Shown here: one piece after another, positions 40,471-55,230 of the stretch | How positions within the stretch are numbered: position 1 is the stretch's first letter | How the letters are laid out: every line of letters begins with the position of its first letter | Assembly (NCBI RefSeq): GCF_006345805.1 | Contig: NC_043005.1 | Coordinates: 55,056,001 to 55,120,000, forward strand | Direction of reading: 5' to 3' | Length of the DNA: 64,000 nucleotides | Origin: Octopus sinensis | Taxonomy: Eukaryota | Translations under genes and position numbers: made by a program | The notes under the pieces: model-generated | Databases searched by the model: none | Seen by the model: only the letters and a program-made list of their open reading frames with translations | What the model was told of the DNA's origin: nothing

Positions 40471-40696
40471 CGTTTTAACAGTTGTCTTCCCTCGTAAGTG
40501 TCGGGTGGAGTTTTTATTGATTGAACTCTCTTCCTGTTGCAACACTAGTTCCAATCAGAGTGATGTTTCTGCATCACTTGACATGTTTTTGCACAACATT
40601 GGAAATGTACATATGACAGTGACACATTTTCTTATAACTAACATGTGATGTCAGGACACACACACACTTGTGTGAGTGTGTGTGCATGTATATATA

Positions 40697-41101
40697 TACT
40701 CATTTACTTGTTTCAGTCTTTTGACTGCAGCCATGCTGGAGCACCGCCTTTAATCGAGCAACTCGACCCCGGGACTTATTCTTTTGTAAGCCCAGTACTT
40801 ATTCTACCGGTCTCTTTTGCCGAACCGCTAAGTAACGGGGACATAAACACACCAGCATCGGTTGTCAAGCAATGCTAGGGGAACAAACACAGACACACAA
40901 ACACACACATGCATATATATATATATATATATATATATGACAGACTTCTTCCAGTTTCCGCCTACCAAATCCACTCACAAGGCTTTGGTCGGCCCGAGGC
41001 TATAGTAGAAGACACCTGCCCACTGTGCCACGCAGTAGGACTGAACCCAGAACCATGTGGTTGGTAAACAAGCTACTTACCACACAGCCACTCCTGCGCC
41101 T
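40697..41101 (-). mobile_element. tRNA-derived CORE-like SINE, family B (young, full length)
   Basis: Reverse complement has A box ggctgtgtggta, B box gggttcagtcc, CORE-like gggcaggtgtctt and an internal microsatellite. Highly similar to 47637-48047 and 61311-61726. Confidence 0.92.
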
Positions 41102-41290
41102 ATATATATATGTATATATATATATATATTTTAAAACTTCTACGAAAATTAATTGATTGAGTTGAAATAATTCAAATAATTTTTTTTAACATTTATTGTC
41201 TACTTAAAGTAATTTCCGTTATTTAATGCAGTATAAATAATCTCTGTCGAGGAAGTTCATATACCGTGTGTCTTTTATATCTCGTTTGTG

Positions 41291-41369
<79 letters not shown>

Positions 41370-41372
41370 TAT

Positions 41373-41675
41373 AACTGGCACTTCCTCAGTTACGATGATG
41401 TGGGTACCAGTTGATTCGATCAACAGAACAGCCCGCTTGTGGCTGAGCACTCTACAAACACGTGTTCCTATAATGTAGTTCTCAGGGAGATTCAGTGTGA
41501 CACAGAATCTGACAAGACTGGCCCTTTGAATTGCAGATACAACTCGTTTTTGCCATCTGAATAGATTGGAGAAATGTGAAGTAAAGTGTCTTGCTAAAAG
41601 GAGGAAGAGCATGTTACCAGGAATTGAACTCACCACCTTACAATCGTGAACCAATTACCCTTACCGCTAAGCCAC
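41373..41675 (-). mobile_element. tRNA-derived SINE, family C-like
   Basis: Reverse complement matches the family C 3' body (gggccagtcttgtcagattctgtgtcacactgaatctccctgagaactac). Confidence 0.8.
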
Positions 41676-42094
41676 ATATTTATATATATGTATATAGACA
41701 CCTATGTATTTGAGTGTATGTGTATATATATCATCATCATCATCATCGTTTAGCGTCTGTTTTCCATGCTAGATAGATAAGCGCACACACACACACACAC
41801 ATACATGATGGTCTTGATTTAGTTTCTGTCTACTAAATCCACTAAGGAGGATTTAGTAGATGGAAAGCAAACTTCTTAACAAGACAAACAGGCCTGCACT
41901 TACACTCACACACACACACACACACACACATACATACTTATATATCTGAATGTGTATATTATTACATATATGTACATATATGTTCGTATGTATGTGTGTG
42001 TATGTATATATATATGTATATGCATATACACATATACATGTGTAGGTATATATGTAGTATATAAATATCCATATATATATATACACACATACAT

Positions 42095-42532
42095 AGGTGT
42101 GCGAGTGGCTGTTAGGTAACTTAGTTACTAACCACATTTTAGTCTCACTGTATGGCACCTTGGGCAAGTGTCTTTTATTATAGCCTTGTGCCGATGAAGG
42201 CCTTGTGAGTGGATTTGGGAGAAGGAAAGTGAAAGAAGCCCGTCATATATGTATATATATGTCCAACCCATGCCAACGTGGAAGGCGGACATTAAACGAT
42301 GATGATGAAGTGTGTGTGTGTGTCTGTGTTTGCCCCCCCCCCCCCAACATCACTTGACAACTGGTGCTGGTGTGTTTACGTCCCCGTAACTTAGCGGTTC
42401 GGCAAAAAGTGTATGGTAGAACAAGCACTAGGCTTACAAAAATTGAGTCCCGGGGTTGATTTGCTTAACTAAAGGCAGTGCCCCAGCATGGCTGCAGGCA
42501 AATGGCTGAAACTAAGAAAAGAATAAAAGTAT
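42095..42532 (+). mobile_element. Family B SINE (older) with a nested family E tail at 42261-42309
   Basis: ggcaccttgggcaagtgtctt core and ttagcggttcggcaaaa 3' body; the extra (GAT)n-tailed insert sits in the internal microsatellite. Confidence 0.85.
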
Positions 42533-42688
42533 ACCTATACATTCATATCTACATGTATTTATGTGTGTGTGTATATACATATATATATATATATACAAAT
42601 ACGCGCACATATACATGTCTGTATACATGGATATATATGTGCGAGTGTCATGCTTGCATGGAACACTGACGCTTAATGATGATGATGA

Positions 42689-42747
<59 letters not shown>

Positions 42748-43274
42748 CACATACATTTACTGGAGTAGCTGTGATGGTGAGAAGTTTACTTCTAACCCAT
42801 GTGCTTTTGAGTTTTCCTTTATGTGTTTCAGCTTCAGTGTCCCCTTCTATAGTATTGGGTCCTCGAAAGTTTTGTGGTTGTATATGTTAAATGTGTTCAA
42901 AAAGAAACCGTTTGTGTCTATGCATATATGTATAAAAGTCATAAAATGTGTCTCTATATACATACATGTGAATGTGTGTGTGTGTGTTGTGGTAATACTT
43001 GCATTTGTTGAATTAAGATTGTTGTTTCATAATATACTCAGTGATGCAGAAAATGTTATTCCTCCTAATCTTTTTGTCACTCCTATTCATATTTAATATA
43101 TTTGCACCCATACAGATATATATCGACGTATATATGTGTGTGTGTGTGTGTGTGTGTTTTTGTATATGTGTCTCTGTACATCAATGTGAGTATATCTTGT
43201 ATGGCATTTTTACATCTCGTTCTTTGTATGAAATGTGGTGTTTTACAATCGTTATTTTTTTTTTTTGTCCACAT

Positions 43275-43616
43275 AGGCAGAGGAGTAGCTGCATGGTAAG
43301 AAGCTTGCTTTCCAACCATGTGGTTCTGGGTTCAGTCCCACTGCGTGGCACCTTGGGCAAGTGCCATCTACTGTAGCCTTGGGCTGACCAAATTCTTGTG
43401 AGTGGATTTGGTAGACAGAAACTAAAAGAAGCCTGTCGTATATAATCTGTGCGTGTGTTTGTCCATCCATCACCATTTGACAACCAGTGTCGGTGTGTTT
43501 ACATCCCCATAATTTAGTGGCTCGGTAAAAAAAGACATACAGTAAGTACCAGACTTAAAAAATAAGTACTGGGTTCAACTCATGGCCGCAGTCTAATGAC
43601 TGAAACAGGTGAAAGA
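43275..43616 (+). mobile_element. Family B SINE
   Basis: gggttcagtcccactgcgtggcaccttgggcaagtg head/core and 3' gtctaatgactgaaacag tail. Confidence 0.87.
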
Positions 43617-46203
43617 TAGATGATCCAGGTGGTTTGTGTGCCCTTGAAGCCATGTAGAAGAATTGTCCCATTCTTGAGAAATAGGTGTTAGTGCTAGGAA
43701 TGTCATCTGGTTGTGAGACGACGGCTGAATAACATATATGTACGACCCATGCAAGCATGGTAATACAGACTCAGCCCCATTGAGCTGAAATTTATGTGTA
43801 TACATGTTATCTGTGTGTGTGTGTGTATAGATAAATACACTCACACGCATGCACACACACAGTCGTAAATATATATATATATATATATACGCATTGTTAG
43901 ATAAGAACTTTTTTGATAAGGCCGAAACAATGTGAAATGAAATATAGTTGACTACTGATCAACATACATATGCCCGCATGGGAAGTGGATGTTAAATGAT
44001 GATAACAATAATGATAGTGAAGCTATGTGTGTGTATGTATATACCTCTATCTATCTATTTATGTATCTATCTATATATGTATGTATATATGTATCTACCT
44101 ATATATATATATATATGCAATTACATGCATGTGTATATATGCATATATGTATGCATATATATGTGTGTATATGTTCATGTGTATGTATATATATATTTAT
44201 ACATTACGTATTCATAAATGCAAATACTGTTTTATATGTATATATATATAAATATATATATCATGCATATATATATATCATGTATATATATATAGTGTAT
44301 ATATATCTCTGTATTTGAGCATTCACATGCAATACATCCAACCGCACCCACATATAATACATGTATTCTTGCACACACACCCTCTTATTAAATGGGTGTA
44401 TTTGTGTGTGTGTGCATGTATATTCATGTTTGTGTTTGTATTTGTGTGTTTATACGTATACATATATGCACACACACACACACACACACACTAATCCTGT
44501 TATCTGTTGAAAGGAACATTTTAAGGGGTATTTGGAATTAATTAAAAAAAGGAGAGAAAGTCAAAACATTAATAATATTTTAGCTGTGAGTGAACCAAGA
44601 TATTTTCCTTCATTGGAAATTTTGTCTGCTACACACAGATTGAGCAACAACACGTGTCTTTGCACACCCGTGCAATAACATGCTCACATACTTGCACATG
44701 CATGCATACACACATACCGATAAATGTGTGTTTATGTCGATGCATATTATGTATGGATGTATTGACTAGACTTTTACATTCACTCTCAGCAAGTTGCTGT
44801 TTTTCTGCTGCAAAATAAATATAATTGTTAAACGATAACATGCACTTAGATGAAAGTATCATTTTTAGCTGTGAGTGGTGGTGCTGTTGTTGTTGTAGTA
44901 CAAACTTTTTCTCTCCATCAAATTTTATTATTTTTCATTGGTTGATTTATAATTAGTTTGGATTTAAGTTTAGATGCAAAAAAAAAAAAAAGTCACTGTA
45001 TTATTGATTTTCGTTGTAGACAGTTATTTATCGTAATGGTTTAATTTCAAATCATTTGATGTTTACTTTTGGAAACTTTACCCTTCACCAGATAAAGAAA
45101 AAATCCCCGTATTTGTGAAGTGTTTATAGTGTCTTATGTGCTTAAATTTCTAAAATTGTGTCAAGAGGTAACCTACTTCAGTTTGTTCCACTTGTGTTTG
45201 GTCCAGATATCAGTTTTACGGAATAAAGGTTGGCAGCATTGAAATGCATTGTCCCCTTTTAGGAAGTATGCTTTTTCTTTCTTTCTTTCTTTCTTGTTTT
45301 TTTTTTCTATCAGTGTGAAATTAGTACTTTATCATGTGAATTAAGTGTAGGATTTTCAAACTATACCTGTATATCTTGCTATAACTTGTTTATAGATCTG
45401 AACCTAAATCTTACCTTATCATATCACTTGTGAAAAAGAAAAAAAAAAAAAGCAGGGGAGTGAAAATGAAATGATCTTGACTGAACATGAATTGTTTACA
45501 GATACTTTTGAATCTATTTCCAGGTAGCTATTCGCCTAAGTACAACCCATTGCTAACTTTAAATATCTAAACTTATTTACTCTTGCTATGAAGAAACCTG
45601 TTACGCTTTCTGTAATTTTCTCATGTGCTGTGTGCATTGATATAGCTCGGTTATAATTTATTTTCTTTATCTAAGGAACCTATGGGGTTTACATTAATCA
45701 ATATCTCCTATTTTCCTTCTACTTATAAAAATCAGTGCAGGAGTTGCAAAAAGTAGTTTTGCTTTTAATGGTAGCTAGCTGCGTCAAGCACCGGTTGCAG
45801 TATTACGATGCATTCAAACTCAAGAACTGAAGCAAACTTGTATTTGTGAGGAAAGCTAATGTACTGATAGCACAATCCATTTTAAAAGGTGAAATTTGAA
45901 GATTAATGTCAGTTTTCTGAAGGCTGTGGTCAAGCTCTTCTCTGAAGATCCACCCACATATATACAGACATATTGGCATACTTGCCTGGTTTGGACAAGT
46001 GTATTTAGGCAGGTTTTTTACAGCTAGATGCTCTTCCTGTCAAAAACCCTCAACTTTTTCGCGGGAAGGGAAATATTTCCCTATGCTTAGACACACTTTC
46101 TCTGAACATTGGAAACAACTGACACTGCTCGTATGAGAGAGATATTCATCTACAACTGTCCCATGATGTCAAGACAAAAAAAAAAAAATACACACACACA
46201 TAT

Positions 46204-47630
46204 ACGACAGGCTTCTTTCAGTTTCCATGCACCAAATCCACTCACAAGGCTCTGATCAATCTAAGGTTCCGGTCAAAGATACTTGCTCAAGGTGCTGTGC
46301 AGTGGTAGCAGATTTCTTAACCACATAACACAGTCAGCACCTATATATATGTCTGTGTTTATTATACAGCAATGAAAGCAGACATAGCTTTGTAAGAAGG
46401 CTTAGTGAATTAAACATGCTTTAAACGTTCTTCTGATATTTGGTGGCTGCTAAAGGGATTATTTTATTAAAAGCCAGTTGGATGTGTGATTTGTTAAGTT
46501 TACTCTGCAATATTAAATTTATGTTAGAACATCTGCCCTGAATGGAATGCCTTTCCTTTTGGCATTATATGATGGATACTGAGAATGAATCTGTTGAAGA
46601 AAGACTTGAATTTATTAACTAAGCATCAGAGACTTTGTTATTGGTGTCATTTGGCTAGACTTGAGAACAATGAGATTGCAGGCTTGGAGGTTTTATTGCA
46701 ACCCTATTCAACCCAAATCCTGTTGTGAAAAACATGAGCCAAAATGAGATTGATGATAATGAAAGAATCTACCGTGTATATACTGGAATTGTAATGCTCT
46801 CTCTATGTATATATACATACACACACTTTCTCTCTGTATGTATGTATATATACATACACACACTTTCTCTCTCTGTCTCTCTCTCTCTCACATACACACA
46901 CATATGTATAGGTACAGGCATGGCTTGCTTTCCAACCATGTGGTCTTGGGTTCAGTTCCACTATGTAGCACCATGGACTAGTGTCTTCTAGAATCCAAGG
47001 TCAAAGAAAGCCTTGTGTGTGGATTTCTTTGACAAAACAGACAAAGGCCAATTTATCTACACACACACACACACACGTGTATGTTTACGTGTGTGTACCC
47101 TTATCTTCACATCATGTGATGGTTGTGAATGAGTGCGATCGTCATACTGGTGATATTCTTCATGGGAAAAAAACTTGTCTGGTCACGGAAATATGTTACC
47201 ATGCTTTTAAACAGGTAAATGTTGGCAACAGGAAGGACATCCAGCCATAGAAAACCTGCCTCAACAAATTTTATCTGACCGATGCTTGCATGGAAAAGTG
47301 AATGTTAAATGATGATGGTGATAATCTGTGTCTGTGTGTGTGATTTGAGTATTAAATATGGCTATACAGAGCTACCCAACCAATGCCTGCATGAAAGAAA
47401 TGGATGTTAGTCAAATGATTTGACTTTAGTACTTGTTTTTGTTTTCTTTAAAGCCTGGTACTTATTCTATCGATCTTCTTTACCGAGCCACTAGGTTACA
47501 GGCACATAAACTATTGATATATGATGGGCTTCTTTCAGTTTCTGTTTACCAGATCCAATCACAAGACTTTGTTTGGCCAGCTGAAGACACTTGCCCAAGG
47601 TGCTATGCAATGGGACCAAACCAAGAACCA
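46204..47630. mobile_element. Cluster of degenerate family B and E fragments in both orientations
   Basis: Partial matches at 46204-46342 (-), 46910-47050 (+), 47220-47320 (+), 47425-47500 (-) and 47523-47625 (-). Confidence 0.7.
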
Positions 47631-47636
47631 AATGGT

Positions 47637-47838
47637 TACTCTTTACTCTTTTACTTGTTTCAGTCATTTGACTGTGGCCATGCTGGAGCACCGCCTTTAG
47701 TCGAGCAAATCGACCCCGGGACTTATTCTTTGTAAGCCCAGTACTTATTCTATCGGTCTCTTTTGCCGAACCGCTAAGTGACGGGGACGTAAACACACCA
47801 GCATCGGTTGTCAACCAATGCTAGGGAGACAAGCACAT

Positions 47839-47875
<37 letters not shown>

Positions 47876-48047
47876 CAAATATACGACAGGCTTCTTTCAG
47901 TTTCCGTCTACCAAATCCACTGACAAGGCATTGGTCGGCCCGGCGCTATAGCAGAAGACACTTGCCCAAGATGCCACGCAGTGGGACTGAACCCGGAACC
48001 ATGTGGTTGGTAAGCAAGCTACTTACCACACAGCCACTCCTGTGCCT
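47637..48047 (-). mobile_element. Family B SINE (young, full length)
   Basis: Near-identical to 61311-61726. Confidence 0.92.
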
Positions 48048-49528
48048 ATTTGTTGGGAAACAAATTTCTTAACCACAAAGCCACACTTGTGCCTGTATAA
48101 AATAGTTTTCACAATAATTTTGGCTATTTTTTTCATTATGATTTTATTGATATTCAGATTTAATTTTCAAAAATCAAATTAGTTTTTCAAAATCTTTTTT
48201 TTTCTTTTTACCTTCCTTTTAAAATAAAGAACAACCACTTAATTGATTCAACCCCTCTCCATGTTATAATATACACACTGTTGTCATGCTATTTTTTTTC
48301 TTTCTAACTCAGTTATTAAAAAATACCAATGTAATGTTTCCAATAGTAATTTGTTTATGTGGTATAATTATGTGAAGTGATCTATTTCAACTTCTCATAA
48401 TTCTCGAATCTGGGTTATGAAAAGCTTGAAATCGGATAAAATTAACAGAGAAGAAAAATAATCATTAGAAGGTAGAAAGATAAATCACTTTTTTTTTACT
48501 TTTTTTGTTTTTTGCATTGTTAACAATCTGCTTATCTGTACATATAGAAAGTACATGCTGGGTGTTTTGATTGGTTTTGGGGTTTTTTTTACAGGTTTTT
48601 TTTTTTTTATATTTCCCAAATTTTTGTTGCTTTCTTTACATTGGACTAGATAAAATATTCTTGATTAGGGAAAAAAAAATATTTTGTAAAAAGATTTTCC
48701 TTTCTCTCTTTTTTCTTTTTTTTTTTTATCGTATCTATGTGAAGTGTTCAGTGCTGACATACACAATATTAGATGAGATAACTTCCAAAGATTTTGTCTG
48801 TAGATAATGGTTCCAAAAGGAGATCAAAATTACATTGATTCCTTCTTTGTAAAACTCTATCAAATGTTAGTTGGTATTACTACCACCACTAGTTTTTCAT
48901 GCTGGCAGATTTTTATCTTAGCTCTTAAAGTCTTCATTCTGCGATGATCTGAAGATGTAATAAGGCTTCTGAAAAGGAAAAAAACTGAGAGGAAAAACTC
49001 TTAAATTGACACGTAATAAAAAGAGATTATTGTGCTAAAATAAATGATTCTTAAGGATAAGGAGTTTTAGATTGTCAAATTAGCCTCATTAATACAAATG
49101 ATAACAATATTGGAAGGCCAGCAATTAATGAAACAAATGTATAAGCTGGGTTTCTTTTTCTAATTCTTAAAAAATTTTTTAAATGCCAAGTAGCTGGTAA
49201 ATTAGTGAGAGTAAGACTCAACTAATACTCAGTCAACTAGTTTTTTTCATCACATAACACACACGTATGTGTGCATGTGTTTGTCTTTGAAAACTACCAT
49301 GTATCAAGATTTTTCTGTTTTATTTTTCTCAATCAACCACCTGCAGATAGTAACACATTTTCCTCTAAGTATCTGAAATGAATAAGAGTCAAATTCTTTA
49401 AAGGCATAGCCTACTCGGTTTGGGCAATCACTCGGCATTGCCACTCAGTTCTATTTAATGGCCATGCCGCAGGATAGCAAAAGCCTTTGGGCTGGAACAC
49501 ATGAGGGAATAAGGAACCTTTTTCTTTT

Positions 49529-49569
<41 letters not shown>

Positions 49570-51316
49570 GCTCCCCCCTTATAGATACTGTCTAGAAGTT
49601 TCCCTAACAGAAATAAAGTACATAACCCACTTTTACCAAACACACACACACACGTGCACGTGCATGCACAAATTGAATACTGAGTAATGTGTTTGATACT
49701 TCATATTGGCCAGATTAAAATTAGATGTTATTGATTTTCTTGATGTGATATTTTGCAAAATTGCACTTCTCAAGAGTTTCACAAATCTATATTGTGGCCT
49801 GCAAGATCTAAGTCTACAGACCAATAAATATCGAGAGCATTTATTCACTCACTTGTTTCGGCCTTTTTTTCTTTTTTTATGACAGAACCTTCTCCTACTC
49901 ATTGGGTTTGGGGTCAATGAGGGAATATTTTCTTTCTGTGCTGTGAATGTTAACTATAAAATAACATTAAACAAATGTCTTTTCTTTGATTTCTTTCAGT
50001 TTATTTTTTAAAAGATTTCTAATAAACTGTTTAAAATTATGTTTTTGAATTCTAACCTCTTTCATTGGTGGTTACAGTAAGAACCTTTGTTTTTTCGAAA
50101 TACTAAAAATATCTGTATATTTCCCTTTATATAGATATTATTGCCATGGGTGTAACCATACAAACACACACACATACACTCATATTTTTTTATGTTTGTC
50201 TGCTTTTCTATTGTTATTGCTTGACTCCAAGTTGTCGCTGAGAGAGCAAACCTGTGATTAGAAACATTCCAGGTATGACCATCTCACCTTTTATTCAGTC
50301 ATACTGTATCATAGACTACATTATCCAACGTGTTCTTTGTTCACAAGATGCTTTTGATTTGGCTGCTATTTACAGCTGATCAAGTGATTAACATAAATGC
50401 TCTCCTGTTTGTTCAACAATATGTTTGAATGTCTATGATGTAAATTGTGTTAAACGTAATTCTGGGTTAAAATTTCCTGTCATCCCTATTCCCTCTTAAT
50501 CTTAAACCTAAGGGTAAATGTTCCTGTCACCTTTATTCCTTCTTAATCTTAGACCTTAGGATCACTTGAATGTGATCAGAAGCTTCTATTTATGAGTAGG
50601 GGTCAGGCCTGTTTCCAGAGGATGCAGGATACTTGAATATTATCCCATGAATATTAACATAAAATGGCTGCAAGCATGAATCCAGTTTTGGGCCCATCCT
50701 CAGTTTGTCAAATGCTTCTAGCTTACATCAAATTTCCATTATATCAAAATAGACTTCTCTTCGAGTCTCATGTAGCTCGTATGTTATAATAATTAAATCA
50801 TGCTATATTACTTCTCATGTTAATGAAAGAAGAGTCTACTGAAGAATAGAGCATTTAGAAGCATCATTTTAATTAAGGAAAATTATCTATTCATCTTGAG
50901 TTTGTCAGTTACAATTGGCCACCATCTGTCAGCACTTTTTCTCTGTCCATACTGCGCATTTAAATACATTGAGAGCTTCAGTTGGCTTCTCTCTTTATAT
51001 CTTGGCTCGTTTCTTACACTTATACCATAGTTTATATTTGTTCCCTTGCTCCTCTTTAAAATAACTTTGATTTTGGTTGGATTTGTCTTTCTCTTACTTC
51101 TCTTGACAAAAATTACCATTGGAGATAATGAAGTTTTCTCTTTCTTATTAGTGTAATTTTAATTCTTTTTATTTTCTTTTTCACCCACAAGTAAGTATAC
51201 TCAAACAACTATGGTGTGAATATTATTTCTATTACTGTTTAGACAACATTTAACTATTTTATAGAACTTTACAAAAATTTGTAGTCTCATGAAGCTCTAC
51301 ACATTCCTAATACAAC

Positions 51317-51361
<45 letters not shown>

Positions 51362-53388
51362 ATAAATAATGAATAATTTCTAATGGAATATGATTACATA
51401 TCAACAGATTACTGTGTATCACTTGAATAATGAGAGCATTTATTGACACAAACAAACTATTCTTCACTTCACAATAATCGGTTAACATTTTCTGTAAGAC
51501 AACAGTATACACCCAACTCTAACTTTGCAATATTCAAATGACACTGCTCCAAGTAAATGACAACTTCTCTAAATCTGGCACCGAAAGAGAATGACTCTCC
51601 CCAGACACAACAAAATATGCTTCAACATATGAACTCACATAAAGAATCTTGCAAACCAAATCCAAAATTGACACATATATATAGATATAGTTCACCATAA
51701 TTTGATGAATTATCAACTTTGACGTTTTGGTTGTAACAAATGTTATTCTCCCTGGACTTCATCTACCAAAATTAGCTTTCACCTTTATATCCTGAGCCCA
51801 AGGCATGGTGCTGAATATCTTTGTCATTACTTATCTAGCAACAGGTTTACAGTGCTGGTCTCACCTGGCAATGAATACTCTGTAGCCACTCACTTTTTAC
51901 TTCTTTTTTTTAATATATTTTGTATATTTATATTCATACAGACAGTTCCACTCAGCACTTTGACCAATTTTCTTCAGTTCATGTACAAAATACAGATGAA
52001 AGCAACACGCTATATTAAACTGCACTTTTACTGATCAACTGCAGACTGTACAATTGAAAAAATTGTCTGTGTTCTAAACAGTCACTCTTATTACTCTAAT
52101 GAACTTTTCATCTTTGTCTCATTAAGCCACCATTTATGTTCAATGCACTTACTATGTGATTGTCCCTACTGACACAGCTAGTCATGTGCTATAGTTATAA
52201 ACTCTATGAACAATCTACTATACAGCTGTCATCTAAACAGACTGCTCATAGCTTTCTTTCTTTTCCTCTCATCTCCTCCTCCAGGAAAGCAATAATACTG
52301 CTCAGAATTATTTGTCTGATTCAGGATCAAATATTATTGGAAAATTATTTTACTTTTAATATGTCTTAACTAAGCAATATATAAGATATAATAACTGCTG
52401 TCGTTTGAATAACAAACTTTCCTGAATATTTTTTTTATAGCCTGCCTACTTTATTAGATTTTTTTATGATATTCTCAAAAGTTATTTCTATACATATGTC
52501 TGCTTCAATATATTCAAAATACTAGGTGACAACACCCCCACACATACATGCACATACACATATAGATCTATATATATATTGCACATATTTATGTATGTAG
52601 TACATAAATATGACCACTACAGTTTTGGTTAGTCGGAGATATTGAATCACTTGGGAGTTCATGGCAATTCAACAGATAGTTGGTATGTGATGTCAACAAC
52701 TGCCATATGTTGTGTGACTCAATGAATAACTGTCTTCAATTCAACAGAGACTGATAAAGTGGTTAGCAACTAAAACTGTTAGATTTCTCTTGATGTGTCA
52801 TGTAAATATTCCCAAATTTCCCTATGTCCTGATATTTTCGAGGGGCATTTTTTCATACATGTAATACACACACATACACCTATGGGATTTTTTAATGTGT
52901 TTGTAAGGCTCTAATGAAGTGACACACCTGTTAGAATACACTGCCATATCGTCAATATTATCTTCTATCTTTATCAACTATATTACTATTAATTCAGCTT
53001 TCACATACCTGTCATTCACCACTGACATTCTCTCCTCTCTCTCTCTCAAAGTGTCCTCCATTAGTATAATCAGAAAATTTTAAAGAATGTAATTAATATT
53101 TCATCATATGGCTATATATATCTAAGATGTAATTGTCAGTTCCTCCTAGATTTTCTATAGCTTTCTATCTGGATTTTTATTTCCAAATTCTTCTCTGGCA
53201 AGACATGGCTGCTGATGAAGTTCATAATATGCCTGTTTTAGGCAGCCTAAGAAATATTTATACCTGAAAACCTTTTTTTTTTTTTTTTTGTTTTTTGATG
53301 ACCACAATTTATTAGAAGTGTAAATTTTGACAGAGAGCTGTTTGTGACTTTACCCTGCTACAAACTATATATTTGTTGTAGGCATTAA

Positions 53389-53607
53389 CCCTTTTGATAC
53401 CAACCTACCAGAGGCCGTCCTTGATTCTATCGCACAAAATTCCTGTTTTAAAGTGACCTAAATTAAAACTTTTCATCAAAATATCAAGTTAATTTATGTA
53501 CCTAGCACCAGCTTAATAATAACAGATGTCTTTCTAAATTCTTTATTATTTTCAAAATCAATTGAAACAAATGCTGTGTCTTTCAACAGAAATATGGTAA
53601 CAAAAAA
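53389..53607 (+). mobile_element. Diverged piggyBac-type MITE related to family 1
   Basis: TTAA-cccttttgatacc left end; decayed right end ggtaacaaaaaatta; interior alignable to 3724-3945. Confidence 0.7.
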
Positions 53608-55230
53608 TTATTCACTGTTTTGGGGAAAGAAAAAAAAGGTTTGCTGACAACCTCCCCCAAAGGTACTGGCAATATTTGTGATGCAGTTTTATTTATTAAA
53701 TACTGAAATTAGTCTATAGACTGGATTTGTCAAGAAGAACTCACAGGAACATGAAAGTTTCACCTGTTAAAAGGTATCTAGGAAGCTGTCAACTATTCAA
53801 AGTTAGTTTCAAAGCCTATAATGGAATATTAGTAAGTTAACTAATAAAATCAGCAGGTGTCAAGAATTGCTTGACTGTTAGAAATTGATCTAATTTCAAT
53901 ATTACCATCTCACTCAGCTGAACAGTTTTACACCATATAATGGTTGCGGTATTGTCTACTGTTAATGTTTTCTTAAGAATATTTCATTTTATGATTAGGG
54001 CAACCAAAATATTGAAGAGGATTATTTTCCTGCATATTTTGTATGGAATTCTGTGGATGACTTTCTTATACTTGTGTTTATATTGACTTTATATCTGGAG
54101 GAAAGGGGAGCAGAATAGGAAACAACCTCAATCAATGCAAGGTTAAATACAGCAAAACTTTGCTTATAACTGTTGATATGAAGTAATCAGAAATAAAATT
54201 GACATTGGTAGCAAAGGAATGCTGTATTTTTGTTTTGTTGCTGACATAGAAACTTGTACTATAAATAGATACTATGTTCATAGTCAAAATGTATAAAAAA
54301 AACTTGCTTGGTCCCTGAGTGTTTGGTATGCAAAACTTAAAAGTTTAAAGACTGATTAAGAGAAAAAAAAAACACAAATAAATTTTGAATGCATAAAAAA
54401 AAATGTTAGAAAGGATCTTTAAAGAAAATATCCATGCTTAAACTATAAATACTTTGTTTTTCAATGACAACACAACAATGTGTGCATCACTATACAAATT
54501 GAATAGTAAAATTTGAGCATAAACTTATTTAAACGGAATTGATTTTCATGAGAATTTTGTAAAAACGTGATTGTGTGATTTCCACAATGTTGATTTTACA
54601 GCAGGTGCACTTTTAAAGCCTATGCCATTAAAGTTTAAAGGTCAATTTTGAATTTACTTTTTGTTTTGATTATTAGATACGGGGATTTGTTTACTGTATT
54701 TTTATACAACAATTACAATAAATCTCACTAAACTCTTTTTTCCATACATCAGTGCATATTGTACACAGAAAATTTTTTTTTGTCTGGGATTTTATTATGA
54801 TAAAATCACAACAATAAATAGTAATGGCTATAAATAAATATGGTACGTTAAAATAAGTTGTTTTCATTCTTAAATATCATTTTGCTGCATATGTGGATGG
54901 TTTTATGTATCATTTTTCTTAGTTAATTCTGCATACCCTCAGTCAAAAGGCTAAAAATGGCAAAAAATAATATTTCATTTTTTACTTTTCCAAATTTTAT
55001 CCCTAAAATTAAAAGCATTAAAATCAGAAGCATGCTAAAACTTAGCGTGTTATATACATTTTTAAAATTTTTATATTCTTCATTCTACTGTATTTTACAA
55101 AACGAGCCAACTTGCTGATACAGCATTGATTGGTATTATTATATTAATTTATTTTAATTGGTATATAATTTTCTGAGATATACATTGCTTGAGTTTGTCT
55201 TAAATCTTGAGACCTATGTAAATCTTTTAA

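Noticed and set aside
45505-45530. ctatttccag|gtagct as a third recursive site
   Set aside because: Reconstituted donor is weak and no strong downstream donor was seen.
47200-47222. ttttaaacag|gtaaat as a recursive site
   Set aside because: Poor pyrimidine tract and lies within a retroposon fragment.
49975-50082. Strong acceptor at 49999 with donor aca|gtaaga at 50077
   Set aside because: Enclosed 77 nt is low-complexity AT-rich sequence; such pairs arise easily by chance here.
51400-52400. Long frame with sparse stops
   Set aside because: No assignable motif; likely an ancient element remnant.
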